Shown piece by piece: positions 1 to 9,737 of a stretch of DNA of 64,000 nucleotides. Source of the stretch: Candidatus Latescibacterota bacterium (GTDB lineage: Bacteria > Latescibacterota > UBA2968); NCBI GenBank assembly GCA_965204375.1, contig OZ241986.1, positions 2,880,001-2,944,000 on the forward strand, read 5' to 3'. The number at the start of each line of letters is the position of its first letter. Within the stretch, counting starts at the first letter, position 1. The notes below the pieces were generated by a model. It was given only the letters and a program-made list of their open reading frames with translations, ran no database searches and was not told where the DNA came from. Both the position numbers and the translations under genes were made by a program.

Positions 1-1
1 A

Positions 2-370
2 CCGCTTGATCTGCGCGATGCTTCCGACGTCATCTTAGACAACCAATATCTTCAGCGGGCAAATAGCCGTCACTTTCACCACATCTTTCCCAGAGGGTAC
101 CTACGGGGGAAGCTGGGTGCCGAAGAAGCCAATTCCGTGGCCAACATAGCGTTAATACCGGAGGATTTAAATCTAAAAATTGGTGCCAAAGCACCAAGTA
201 ATTATCTTGATCAGTTTAAATTTGATAACGACAAGTGGGACGATACACTGAAGTCACATGGGATTATGGGGGACACACGTAAGGCTTTGGATGACGATGA
301 ATTCTTGCCGTTCCTTCAGAAGCGTGCGAAGACTTTGTCGAAGCTTGCCAAAGCCGTTCTCACTCCCTAG
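2..370 (+). CDS. Partial (5'-truncated) DUF262/GmrSD-like protein, C-terminal HNH-type region
   Basis: The frame is open from base 2: PLDLRDASDVILDNQYLQRANSRHFHHIFPRGYL...ANSVANIALIPEDLNLKIGAKAPSNYL. HHIFP...N...N is typical of the C-terminus of DUF262 proteins. Confidence 0.7.
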   Translation, partial: PLDLRDASDVILDNQYLQRANSRHFHHIFPRGYLRGKLGAEEANSVANIALIPEDLNLKIGAKAPSNYLDQFKFDNDKWDDTLKSHGIMGDTRKALDDDEFLPFLQKRAKTLSKLAKAVLTP

Positions 371-542
371 TTCTGAGGTGATACATCAGTCGGCCAAACC
401 CAATGGATAAAGAATAGGAAAAATAATACATCAATCTGCATTGATGGTAGAGTATTGCAATGGTCAAGCGGATTTATGATTATACTACTGGTTACAGCAC
501 GGGTTCATCATATACTCATTCAGAGAATTAGGTACTGATAAA

Positions 543-1016
543 ATGACAAATAACTTCCAGCGTGAAGGATCATCTAGCAACTCCCATGTTGGGAGAGATT
601 TTGAAGAGGCTGCAATTGGTGTACTGGCCGAGTTTGGTGTAAAAGTTCGAAAGAAATATCCTGTAGAGGTAGGAGTCTCTAATTTCAAAAAGCACCACGA
701 ATTTGACTTAGGTGCAGATCATCCTCCTACCATAGTTGAGTGTAAATCTCACAGATGGACAAAAGGAGGATATGTCCCGAGTGCCAAACTGACTATCTGG
801 AACGAAGCGATGTATTATTTTGCATGTTCACCACCTAAATTTCGTAAGATATTCTTTGTTTTAAAAGATGTGCGAGATAAAACAGGAGAGACTCTGTCTG
901 AATATTACATTAAGAGATATTACCACTTAATTCCCTTTGGAGTTGAAATATGGGAGTTTGACGAAAAGATGAATGAAGCTGAGATCGTGTATGAAGCATC
1001 TCTTGATCTGCAATGA
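543..1016 (+). CDS. Small PD-(D/E)xK restriction-endonuclease-fold protein
   Basis: DFEE...HEFDLG...IVECKSH pattern matches E...D...ExK; AT-rich gene. Confidence 0.65.
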   Translation: MTNNFQREGSSSNSHVGRDFEEAAIGVLAEFGVKVRKKYPVEVGVSNFKKHHEFDLGADHPPTIVECKSHRWTKGGYVPSAKLTIWNEAMYYFACSPPKFRKIFFVLKDVRDKTGETLSEYYIKRYYHLIPFGVEIWEFDEKMNEAEIVYEASLDLQ

Positions 1017-1212
1017 AGGCAGTGCATCGCGCGCTGAAGGTGTATTTTTGACAGATTTCGGAATGTTGGATGAACGCTCAAAGGATCTGTGAACTATCAG
1101 GTGCCGAGACGAGTTAGTCAGTGACCGATTTCCAATATCCAAAAAATATTATACGCTTAGATATTCGGCATGGTGAATAGATTACCCTTGACGCCATCCA
1201 TAGGAAGATAAA

Positions 1213-1461
1213 ATGAGCACATCGAGAATAACCATAACGTTGGATAAAGGGTTGCTCAAACGCCTTGATCATCTCGTGCAAGTGGCTCCTTACTCAAATC
1301 GTGACCGAGTGATTCAAGAGGCAGTTGAAGACAAGCTTAGAAAGGCGAACAGGGATGACTTTGAGAGGGAACTTGTCAAGTTAGATCCGCAATTTGAGCA
1401 GGAAATGGCAGATGAAGGGTTATGTGAGGATGTGCGGGAATTGATTGTCTTAACCAATTAA
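1213..1461 (+). CDS. Ribbon-helix-helix (CopG-like) antitoxin-type protein with no adjacent toxin
   Basis: N-terminal RITITLD beta strand followed by two helices (NRDRVIQEAV), acidic tail, AGGAAG RBS. Confidence 0.7.
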   Translation: MSTSRITITLDKGLLKRLDHLVQVAPYSNRDRVIQEAVEDKLRKANRDDFERELVKLDPQFEQEMADEGLCEDVRELIVLTN

Positions 1462-1514
1462 TTGCGGGACAGTGATGAAAGAGTCCCCATTTCAGGACTT
1501 CTATGTGGTAATCT

Positions 1515-1778
1515 ATGTACAATTTTAACTTTAACGTGCAGAATATTGAAGACGGTCAGGGCCTGGGTATTGCGCTGACCGGGATGATCATTGTATTCAG
1601 CGTTTTGACATTGATCAGCGTATTTATTGTAATATTGCCCAAAATATTGGCTGTTGTAGCAAAAAAATTTCCCGAATCTGCGGGACATCATGGCGTCCCC
1701 GTACAGACTGAAGATGATAACTCTGCACTGGCTGCCATTGGCTTTGTCATGCACATGAGGCGCACGGGAAAAACTTGA
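1515..1778 (+). CDS. oadG: Na+-translocating decarboxylase gamma subunit (OadG family)
   Basis: Single TM GMIIVFSVLTLISVFIV, C-terminal ALAAIG, directly upstream of oadB. Confidence 0.8.
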   Translation: MYNFNFNVQNIEDGQGLGIALTGMIIVFSVLTLISVFIVILPKILAVVAKKFPESAGHHGVPVQTEDDNSALAAIGFVMHMRRTGKT

Positions 1779-1810
1779 CGCAACTGATCACAAGATTTTT
1801 CAGGTAACGA

Positions 1811-2938
1811 ATGGATATATTTTACGATTTTTTGAACACAACTGGATTTGCCAACTTGAGTTGGGGCAATGTCATTATGATCGCAATTGGCATTGTGTTT
1901 ATCCACCTGGCGATCACCAGAGATTACGAACCCCTGTTGTTGCTGCCAATTGGTTTTGGCATGATCGTGGGAAACATCCCCGCTATTCCGAGCATGGCCC
2001 TCGGCGTTTACGACGAGGGCAGTGTATTGCGCTATATTTACTTCGGCGTGACATCGGGCTTATTCCCGCCGCTGATCTTTTTGGGAATTGGCGCAATGAC
2101 CGATTTCTCGACACTGCTCTCCAATCCCAAACTGGTACTATTGGGCGCAGCGGCGCAAATGGGCATCTTCCTGACCCTGATCGGTGCGCTATATCTGGGA
2201 TTCTCACCATCTGAATCCGGAGCCATCGGAATCATTGGCGGGGCTGATGGACCGACAGCGATTTTCTTATCGGCCAAGTTGGCTCCTCATCTTTTGGGGG
2301 CCATCGCCATTGCCGCGTATTCGTACATGGCACTCGTACCAGTGATTCAGCCGCCGGTTATGAAGCTATTGACCTCCAGACGCGAACGACTGATTCGCAT
2401 GCCCGAACCACGCAAACCCTCCAAGCGCGAACGCATCATCTTTCCGATAGCTGGCTTCTTGATTGCAACCTTAATTGCACCGGGCGCATTGACCCTGCTG
2501 GGCATGTTGTTTTTTGGCAACTTGTTAAAAGAGAGCATGGTCACAGACCGATTGGCAGAATCCGCACGCACGGCAATGGTCGATATAGTGACAATCTTGC
2601 TCGGTTTCTCCGTAGGCGCCAGCACAGAGGCACAGACATTCTTAACCTCTGATTCGCTTTTGATTTTTGGCCTGGGCGCGCTATCTTTTGCAGTCGCTAC
2701 GGCAAGCGGCGTCCTATTTGCGAAGTTGATGAACGTGTTGACAAAAGAAAAAATCAATCCCCTCGTAGGTGCCGCAGGCGTATCGGCAGTACCCGATTCT
2801 GCGCGCGTCGTGCAGATGGTGGGTCAACAAGAAGATGCACATAATTTTTTGTTGATGCACGCCATGGCACCCAATGTAGCTGGCGTGATCGGCTCAGCTG
2901 TTGCCGCGGGCATCTTGTGGTCGGTACTGGTTCAGTAG
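1811..2938 (+). CDS. oadB: Na+-translocating decarboxylase beta subunit
   Basis: YEPLLLLPIGFG, IGIIGGADGPT, GAAGVSAVP, NVAGVIGSA signatures. Confidence 0.95.
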   Translation: MDIFYDFLNTTGFANLSWGNVIMIAIGIVFIHLAITRDYEPLLLLPIGFGMIVGNIPAIPSMALGVYDEGSVLRYIYFGVTSGLFPPLIFLGIGAMTDFSTLLSNPKLVLLGAAAQMGIFLTLIGALYLGFSPSESGAIGIIGGADGPTAIFLSAKLAPHLLGAIAIAAYSYMALVPVIQPPVMKLLTSRRERLIRMPEPRKPSKRERIIFPIAGFLIATLIAPGALTLLGMLFFGNLLKESMVTDRLAESARTAMVDIVTILLGFSVGASTEAQTFLTSDSLLIFGLGALSFAVATASGVLFAKLMNVLTKEKINPLVGAAGVSAVPDSARVVQMVGQQEDAHNFLLMHAMAPNVAGVIGSAVAAGILWSVLVQ

Positions 2939-2966
2939 GCTCGGCATTTGGCGAAGGATTTTAATT

Positions 2967-4757
2967 ATGGCAAAGAAAAAAGTAATATTTATGAATACAG
3001 CATTTCGCGATGGCTTCCAGTCGGTCTATGGCGCGCGCGTGTTCACGCCCGACTTTTTACCCGCGGTAGAAGCCGCACGCGACGCGGGTATCGATTATTA
3101 TGAAGCCGGAGGCGGAGCGCGATTTCAATCCCTGTACTTTTATTGCAATGAAGATGCATTTGCAATGACCGATGCTTTCCGAGAAGCTGCAGGGCCAGAG
3201 GCCAACTTGCAGACCCTGGCGCGCGGTGTGAATGTAGTCGGATTAGAATCGCAGTCGAGCGACATCATCAAGCTACACGCCGAATTGTTCAAAAAACACG
3301 GTATTACCACCATCCGCAATTTTGACGCCCTCAACGATGTCAACAACTTGATCTACAGCGGGCAATGCATCGCAGATGCGGGATTGCACCATCAAGTATG
3401 CGTGACATTGATGGAATTGCCCCCCGGCTGCACTGGCGCACACGACGCGGATTTTTATGAACAAACACTCCGCGAAATTTTAGATGCCGATATCCCATAT
3501 CACTCGGTGTGTTTCAAAGATGCCTCAGGTACAGCCGTGCCGGCAAAAGTATATGAAACCATTAAACGGGCGCGTCAACTGCTGCCCGACGGCACATTTA
3601 TCCACTTTCACACCCATGAAACGGCCGGGATAAGCGTACAGGCCAATCTGGCAGCGCTGGAAGCGGGAGCCGACGCCATTGATCTGTCGCTGGCACCGTG
3701 TTCAGGGGGCACCTGCCAGCCCGACATTCTGGTCATGTGGCACGCTCTTCGCGGCACAAATTACGATCTGGACATCGACATAGAAAAAGTTCGCGACGCC
3801 GAAGAAGTATTTAAAGAATGCATGGCGGATTACTTTTTGCCACCAGAAGCCACGGCGGTTGAACCCATGATCCCCTGGAGTCCAATGCCGGGTGGCGCGC
3901 TCACGGCCAATACGCAGATGTTGCGCGACAATGGCATCATGGACAAATATCCCGACATGATCAAAGCCATGGGCGACGTAGTCGCACGAGGCGGTTTTGG
4001 CACATCTGTCACACCCGTATCGCAATTCTATTTTCAACAGGCATTTAATAACGTGATGTTTGGACCCTGGGAAAGAATCGCCGAACCTTATGGGCAGATG
4101 GTACTCGGCTATTTTGGCAAAACCCCTGTGCCACCCGACCCCGAAGTTGTAAAAATCGCGTCAAACCAGTTGGAACTTGAACCCACAGATCAGCCGCCCC
4201 TTGAACGCAATGACGCCGATCCCGAAAAGGGAAGAGACGCCGCGAAGAAACTGTTGGACGCCGAGGGAATTGAGGCGACAGATGAGCACATCTTCATCGT
4301 CGCAACGTGCGGCGATAAGGGAATGGATTTCTTGAAAGGCGATGCCGAAATCGGCGTGCGGAAAATCGAAAAGCAGGACGACGCACCCGTGCCAGTTGCC
4401 GACGGCGCAGCAGAATATAAGCTACAGGTCAATGGCAAATCTGTGCGCGTGCAAATTGACGGCAACATCGCCACTGTAAATGGCACAGCTTATACAGTGG
4501 ATATAGAAGATACGGTATCTACACAGGCACCAACACCCGCCAATGCCGAACCCGTAAGCGCGCAAATGCCCGGAAAAGTCATTCGGATTTTAAAACACGC
4601 AGGGGAGCAAGTCCAGGCGGGCGAAGCGATCCTCATTCTGGAAGCCATGAAAATGGAAGTCCAGATCACCTCTCCAAACGCGGGCACAGTCGTCGAAATG
4701 CCCGTCAGCGTAGGCGATCAAGTATCCAATGGTCAGACGCTTGCGATGGTGGGATAA
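2967..4757 (+). CDS. oadA: Oxaloacetate decarboxylase alpha / PycB-like carboxyltransferase with C-terminal biotinoyl domain
   Basis: FRDGFQS, FKDASG, HTHET, VTPVSQF and EAMKM biotinylation motif; ATG at 2967 after AAGGA. Confidence 0.9.
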   Translation: MAKKKVIFMNTAFRDGFQSVYGARVFTPDFLPAVEAARDAGIDYYEAGGGARFQSLYFYCNEDAFAMTDAFREAAGPEANLQTLARGVNVVGLESQSSDIIKLHAELFKKHGITTIRNFDALNDVNNLIYSGQCIADAGLHHQVCVTLMELPPGCTGAHDADFYEQTLREILDADIPYHSVCFKDASGTAVPAKVYETIKRARQLLPDGTFIHFHTHETAGISVQANLAALEAGADAIDLSLAPCSGGTCQPDILVMWHALRGTNYDLDIDIEKVRDAEEVFKECMADYFLPPEATAVEPMIPWSPMPGGALTANTQMLRDNGIMDKYPDMIKAMGDVVARGGFGTSVTPVSQFYFQQAFNNVMFGPWERIAEPYGQMVLGYFGKTPVPPDPEVVKIASNQLELEPTDQPPLERNDADPEKGRDAAKKLLDAEGIEATDEHIFIVATCGDKGMDFLKGDAEIGVRKIEKQDDAPVPVADGAAEYKLQVNGKSVRVQIDGNIATVNGTAYTVDIEDTVSTQAPTPANAEPVSAQMPGKVIRILKHAGEQVQAGEAILILEAMKMEVQITSPNAGTVVEMPVSVGDQVSNGQTLAMVG

Positions 4758-4790
4758 AAAGAAGTATGAAGTATGAAGTAAGCCCAAGCT

Positions 4791-5534
4791 CTAAATCGCC
4801 GCGACATCGCCTGCCCAAATCTCTCTCACCTGACCATCTGGCCCGCGCAACAAAAGCTGGCCGCAGTCGCCAAACCCTGCGAGAACGCCCGTTTTTACAT
4901 CATCGCCCTCGCCAACCGAAATCTCCTCACCGAGATAAACACAGCGATTCTCCCATGCTATGCGGAGAACTGGAAAACCCTCGCTTTCCCAGCGATCAAT
5001 CCACGGAGCAGCCGTCGAAAGGATTCGCGCGAGCACCTGTTTGAGATCGTATTCGCGTCCCGTTTCAAGACGCATAGAAGTGACCGGACGGTCAATCAGC
5101 GCCGCGGTCGTCGCATCCATATTCACGTTGAGACCAATACCAATGACAATTGCCGTGCCATCGGGCTGTTTTTGGTCGCTACGCTCGAGAAGCATACCGC
5201 AAACTTTGGCACCGTCGATCAAAACATCGTTGGGCCACTTGGTTTGCGTACTGATGCCATAAGTTATCAGCGCATCGGATACGCCCAGAGCAATGGCAAT
5301 AGGCAGAGAAGTCAGTTGGGAAAATGCAACTCTCGTAACGAGCAGAAAGGAAAACGTCAAATTCTCATTCGCCCGTGCGATCCATTGACGCTGGTAACGC
5401 CCGCGTCCAGCAGTCTGCTCCCGCGCAGCGATGACAAAGCCAGAAGAGAGCCTCTCACCTTTAGACAGACGCTGGAGAAGGTGCGTATTGGTCGAAACGA
5501 GTTGATCGTGCCATTCGGGCGTTAGAAAATTCAT
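4791..5534 (-). CDS. birA: Biotin-protein ligase (group I, no HTH)
   Basis: QTAGRGR, KWPNDV, KVCGML, GIGLNV; next to a biotin-dependent enzyme. Confidence 0.93.
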   Translation of the reverse strand: MNFLTPEWHDQLVSTNTHLLQRLSKGERLSSGFVIAAREQTAGRGRYQRQWIARANENLTFSFLLVTRVAFSQLTSLPIAIALGVSDALITYGISTQTKWPNDVLIDGAKVCGMLLERSDQKQPDGTAIVIGIGLNVNMDATTAALIDRPVTSMRLETGREYDLKQVLARILSTAAPWIDRWESEGFPVLRIAWENRCVYLGEEISVGEGDDVKTGVLAGFGDCGQLLLRGPDGQVREIWAGDVAAI

Positions 5535-5608
5535 ATAATAAAACCTGATCTCGTATGCTCAAGTCTATCTCATAGGACAGAACCCGTATATCTCTCCACC
5601 GCCGTATC

Positions 5609-5637
5609 TTGACAATAGAATGGAAATAACACATACT
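5609..5637 (+). promoter_or_regulatory. Sigma70-like promoter of yejABEF
   Basis: TTGACA-17 nt-CATACT. Confidence 0.6.
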
Positions 5638-5642
5638 TCAAA

Positions 5643-5678
5643 AGGGCAGACGTAGAGGCAAATCTGTGTGTCTGCCCT
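5643..5678 (+). repeat. Leader hairpin containing a degenerate GTAG-type REP
   Basis: AGGGCAGAC...GTCTGCCCT 9-bp stem enclosing GTAGAGGCAAATCTGTGT. Confidence 0.5.
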
Positions 5679-5711
5679 CTTTCTTAGACATTTTAACAAA
5701 GGAGCCTGCTC

Positions 5712-7544
5712 ATGAAAACCATTTTATTCGCGCTGGTATTGAGTCTATTGGTCGTCGCAATGCCATTGGCAGATCAGCCCAATTACAAGGGTCACGCGAT
5801 TTCGATGTATGGCGACTTAAAATACGGGCCTGACTTCAAGCATTTCGACTATGCCAACCCCAACGCCCCCAAGGGCGGCACTGTAAAAATGAGTGCCGGC
5901 GGCACTTATGATTGCTTGAATCAATTCATCCTCAAAGGTGTGTCGGCTTATGGGTTGGGGTTGATTTACGATTCATTGGCAGAGAACTCCCGGGACGAGC
6001 CTTTTTCCGAATACGGTTTGCTTGCAGAGTCGATAGAAGTGCCGCCTGACCGTTCATGGGCACTCTTCACATTGCGCTCTGGGGCGCGATGGCACGACAG
6101 CAAACCCATTACTCCGGAAGATGTCGTTTTTACTTTTCAAACGCTTCAAACCAAAGGCCATCCTTTTTATCGCAATTATTATGCGGATGTAAAACAGGTT
6201 GAAAAGGTAGGCGATCGCCAGGTAAAATTTACATTTGGAGGAACGGACAATCGGGAATTGCCCCTCATTGTCGGGCAAATGGCGATCTTGCCCAAACACT
6301 ATTGGGAAGGCAAAAATTTTGAAGAAACAACACTGGAACCGCCGCTCGGCAGCGGACCTTACAAAATTGAAGCACACGATCCCGGACGTTCAATCACCTA
6401 TCGGCGCGTCGAAAATTATTGGGGTGCAGATTTGCCCGTAAAAAAGGGACGCTATAATCCGGACGTAATTCACTACGATTATTACAAAGACAGTACCGTA
6501 GCAACCGAAGCACAAAAAGGCGGCGAATTTGATTTTGCATTGCAAAACAACTCCAAATCGTGGGCAACCGCGTACGATATTCCGGCTGTAGCCGAAGGCA
6601 GACTAATTAAGGAATTAATCCCACATGAAAATGGCACCGGGATGCAGGGATTCTGGTTTAACACGCGACGCAGCAAATTTGCCGATCCCAAAGTGCGACA
6701 CGCACTGGCTCATGCATTTGATTTTGAATGGACCAATACAAATTTGTTCTACGGGCAATACGCGCGTTCAACGAGTTATTATTCCAACACCGAACTCGCC
6801 TCATCGGGATTGCCTCAGGGGCAGGAACTCGAAATTCTGAAAGCATTTCGCGGACAAGTCCCTGAAGAAGTATTTACTGCGGAATACAAACCACCCACAA
6901 CAGATGGATCGGGCAACATCCGCCAGAACTTGCGTGTGGCCGCGCGGATGTTAAAATCAGCAGGGTGGTCGGTAAAAGAAGGAAAACTCACCAACGATGC
7001 ATCTGGCGAAACAATGATGATTGAATTTTTAATCAACAATTCGCCTGCCTGGGAGCGCATTGTGGGACCGTATATTCAAAACCTGGAGCGACTCGGCGTA
7101 GAAGCGGCAATTAAAATTGTGGATACATCGCAATATCAAAATCGCGTTCAAGAATACGATTTTGATGCTATTGTAAGCCTCAGAGGACAGTCATTAAGCC
7201 CCGGCAACGAACAGCGCGGTTACTGGACATCGGCAGCTGCGGATGAACCCGGTACGAGAAATTATGCGGGCATCAAAGACCCCGTCGTAGATGCGCTGAT
7301 AGACCAGCTAATCAACGCACCCGATAGAAAAACCCTCGTGGCGACCACCCGCGCATTGGATCGCGTCCTCCTGTGGGGGCACTACGTAGTGCCGCACTGG
7401 CATATTCGCGCACACCGCGTGGTGTACTGGAACAAATTTGGCAAACCCGATATTTCGCCCAAATACATGCCGCAACCCGGGGGATATTTCCCCGACACGT
7501 GGTGGGTCGATGCTGCAAAAGAAGCGGCACTGAAGAAAAATTAA
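5712..7544 (+). CDS. yejA: ABC peptide transporter substrate-binding protein (YejA-like)
   Basis: Signal peptide; [41 protein letters not shown]; GGAG RBS. Confidence 0.9.
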   Translation: MKTILFALVLSLLVVAMPLADQPNYKGHAISMYGDLKYGPDFKHFDYANPNAPKGGTVKMSAGGTYDCLNQFILKGVSAYGLGLIYDSLAENSRDEPFSEYGLLAESIEVPPDRSWALFTLRSGARWHDSKPITPEDVVFTFQTLQTKGHPFYRNYYADVKQVEKVGDRQVKFTFGGTDNRELPLIVGQMAILPKHYWEGKNFEETTLEPPLGSGPYKIEAHDPGRSITYRRVENYWGADLPVKKGRYNPDVIHYDYYKDSTVATEAQKGGEFDFALQNNSKSWATAYDIPAVAEGRLIKELIPHENGTGMQGFWFNTRRSKFADPKVRHALAHAFDFEWTNTNLFYGQYARSTSYYSNTELASSGLPQGQELEILKAFRGQVPEEVFTAEYKPPTTDGSGNIRQNLRVAARMLKSAGWSVKEGKLTNDASGETMMIEFLINNSPAWERIVGPYIQNLERLGVEAAIKIVDTSQYQNRVQEYDFDAIVSLRGQSLSPGNEQRGYWTSAAADEPGTRNYAGIKDPVVDALIDQLINAPDRKTLVATTRALDRVLLWGHYVVPHWHIRAHRVVYWNKFGKPDISPKYMPQPGGYFPDTWWVDAAKEAALKKN

Positions 7545-7549
7545 GTGTC

Positions 7550-8656
7550 ATGGGATCCTATATTTTAAGACGCTTTTTGCTATTTTTTCCAACACTACTC
7601 GGCGTCATGGTGATCAATTTTTTGATCATTCAAGCTGCGCCTGGTGGACCTGTTGAGCAAGCCATTGCACAGATACAGGGCCATGAAGTAGATGCGTCTG
7701 CCCGCGTGGGCAGCGATGGAGGCGAACTATCATCCTCCCAAACCCAGCGGCAGCGCAGTGAGGGATCAACGAGTAAATACCGCGGCGCGCAAGGGCTTGA
7801 CCCCGAACTCATCGCGGAATTGGAGCGGATGTATGGCTTTGACAAACCGGCTCACGAACGCTTCTATCAGATGATGGTGCGCTATTTGCAATTCGACTTT
7901 GGCGAAAGTTTTTATCGCGATCAAACCGTTGTAGATATCGTCATAGATAAAATGCCTGTGTCGATCTCCCTCGGCTTGTGGACGACATTGCTCGTCTATC
8001 TGATCTCGATTCCACTGGGCGTGACCAAAGCCGTGCGCGACGGATCCAAATTCGACGTATGGACCTCGGGCGTGATCGTCATAGGCAATGCCGTGCCGGG
8101 ATTTATGTTTGCAATCTTCTTAATTGTATTATTTGCCGGTGGCAGTTATTTCGACATTTTCCCTCTGAGGGGATTGACCTCTCCCGAATGGGATCAGTTT
8201 GGCCTATTTCACAAAATCACCGATTATTTCTGGCACCTCGCACTGCCCATCGCATCCATGGTAATTGGTGGATTTGCCGGGCTGACCCTCTTGACAAAAA
8301 ATTCGTTTCTGGACGAAATCAACAAGCAATACGTCATGACAGCGCGGGCAAAGGGATTGGAAGAGCGTCGCGTATTGTACGGGCACGTTTTTCGCAATGC
8401 CATGCTCATTGTGATCGCGGGGTTCCCCAGCGCATTTGTCAACATCTTATTCACAGGTTCACTACTGACCGAGATAATCTTTTCGCTCGATGGCCTGGGC
8501 CTCCTGGGCTATGAAGCCACAGTCAACCGCGATTACCCGATCATGTTTGCCACGCTTTACTTTTTTACCTTGCTGGGATTGGTGATGCAATTGGTAAGTG
8601 ACCTGACTTATACACTGGTAGATCCGAGGATTGATTTTGAAAGCAGAGAAGTATAA
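7550..8656 (+). CDS. yejB: ABC peptide transporter permease (YejB-like)
   Basis: [43 protein letters not shown]. Confidence 0.92.
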   Translation: MGSYILRRFLLFFPTLLGVMVINFLIIQAAPGGPVEQAIAQIQGHEVDASARVGSDGGELSSSQTQRQRSEGSTSKYRGAQGLDPELIAELERMYGFDKPAHERFYQMMVRYLQFDFGESFYRDQTVVDIVIDKMPVSISLGLWTTLLVYLISIPLGVTKAVRDGSKFDVWTSGVIVIGNAVPGFMFAIFLIVLFAGGSYFDIFPLRGLTSPEWDQFGLFHKITDYFWHLALPIASMVIGGFAGLTLLTKNSFLDEINKQYVMTARAKGLEERRVLYGHVFRNAMLIVIAGFPSAFVNILFTGSLLTEIIFSLDGLGLLGYEATVNRDYPIMFATLYFFTLLGLVMQLVSDLTYTLVDPRIDFESREV

Positions 8657-9737
8657 TACGCTCACCGAGCGCGAAGACCGATTTTTGGGCTTTCGAATTT
8701 CGAGCCTCACGCGCCGACGCCTGGACAATTTTAAGGCAAATCGACGTGGCTATTATAGCCTGTGGATATTTCTCGTCCTGTTCGGATTGAGCTTGCCCGC
8801 AGAATTTATCGCCAATGACAAACCCCTTTTGGTCCGACACAAGGGGGTGTTTTATTTTCCCGCATTAAAAGCCTATCCCGAAACAACTTTTGGCGGCGAC
8901 TTTGAAACCGAAGCCGAGTACCGCGATCCATTTGTAAAAGAATTAATTGAAAAAGACGGATGGATCGTCTGGCCCTTGGTACCGTTTCGATACGACACAA
9001 TCAACTACGAACTCAAACATCCAGCCCCTGCACCGCCTTCTATACAAAACTATCTGGGCACCGATGATCAGGCACGCGATGTAACTGCGCGATTGATTTA
9101 CGGATTTCGGTTATCGGTCTTATTTGCCCTCGCGCTCACGGCATTCAGTTCTGTGGTAGGCATTGCAGCCGGCGCAGTACAGGGCTATTTGGGAGGATGG
9201 GTCGATCTCATTTTCCAAAGATTCATCGAAATTTGGGGCGGGTTGCCCACCCTGTTTATCCTCATTATTATCGCCAGCATTATTGAGCCGACGTTCTGGA
9301 CGCTCTTGGTCATTATGTTGCTATTTTCCTGGATGCGCCTCGTCGGCGTAGTACGGGCCGAGTTCTTGCGGGCACGCAATTTTGATTTTGTACGCGCCGC
9401 ACGCGCTCTGGGTGTCAATGACTTGACAATTATGTGGCGGCACGTATTACCCAATGCCATGGTGGCAACACTGACCTTCTTGCCCTTTGTACTCGTGGGA
9501 TCTGTCACCGTATTGACCTCGCTGGACTTTCTCGGTTTTGGCCTTCCGCCCCCCTCTCCCTCGCTGGGAGAATTGCTCAATCAGGGCAAGCGCAATTTGC
9601 AGGCTCCCTGGCTGGGTCTATCTGGATTTTTTGTCCTGGCAATTATGTTATCGCTACTCGTATTTATCGGCGAGGCCGTGCGCGATGCATTCGATGTCCG
9701 CAAAACCCTGTCGCAAACGGAGGGCAAGAGCGCGTGA
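8631..9737 (+). CDS. yejE: ABC peptide transporter permease (YejE-like); start uncertain (TTG at 8631 or 8637)
   Basis: [39 protein letters not shown]. Confidence 0.9.
   Translation: MILKAEKYNTLTEREDRFLGFRISSLTRRRLDNFKANRRGYYSLWIFLVLFGLSLPAEFIANDKPLLVRHKGVFYFPALKAYPETTFGGDFETEAEYRDPFVKELIEKDGWIVWPLVPFRYDTINYELKHPAPAPPSIQNYLGTDDQARDVTARLIYGFRLSVLFALALTAFSSVVGIAAGAVQGYLGGWVDLIFQRFIEIWGGLPTLFILIIIASIIEPTFWTLLVIMLLFSWMRLVGVVRAEFLRARNFDFVRAARALGVNDLTIMWRHVLPNAMVATLTFLPFVLVGSVTVLTSLDFLGFGLPPPSPSLGELLNQGKRNLQAPWLGLSGFFVLAIMLSLLVFIGEAVRDAFDVRKTLSQTEGKSA

Noticed and set aside
7373-9733. N-terminal extensions of yejB and yejF in the ORF track (also oadA, DUF362, glnB, 21724, 34008)
   Set aside because: They overlap upstream genes or lack an RBS. 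Downstream starts match the family N-termini.
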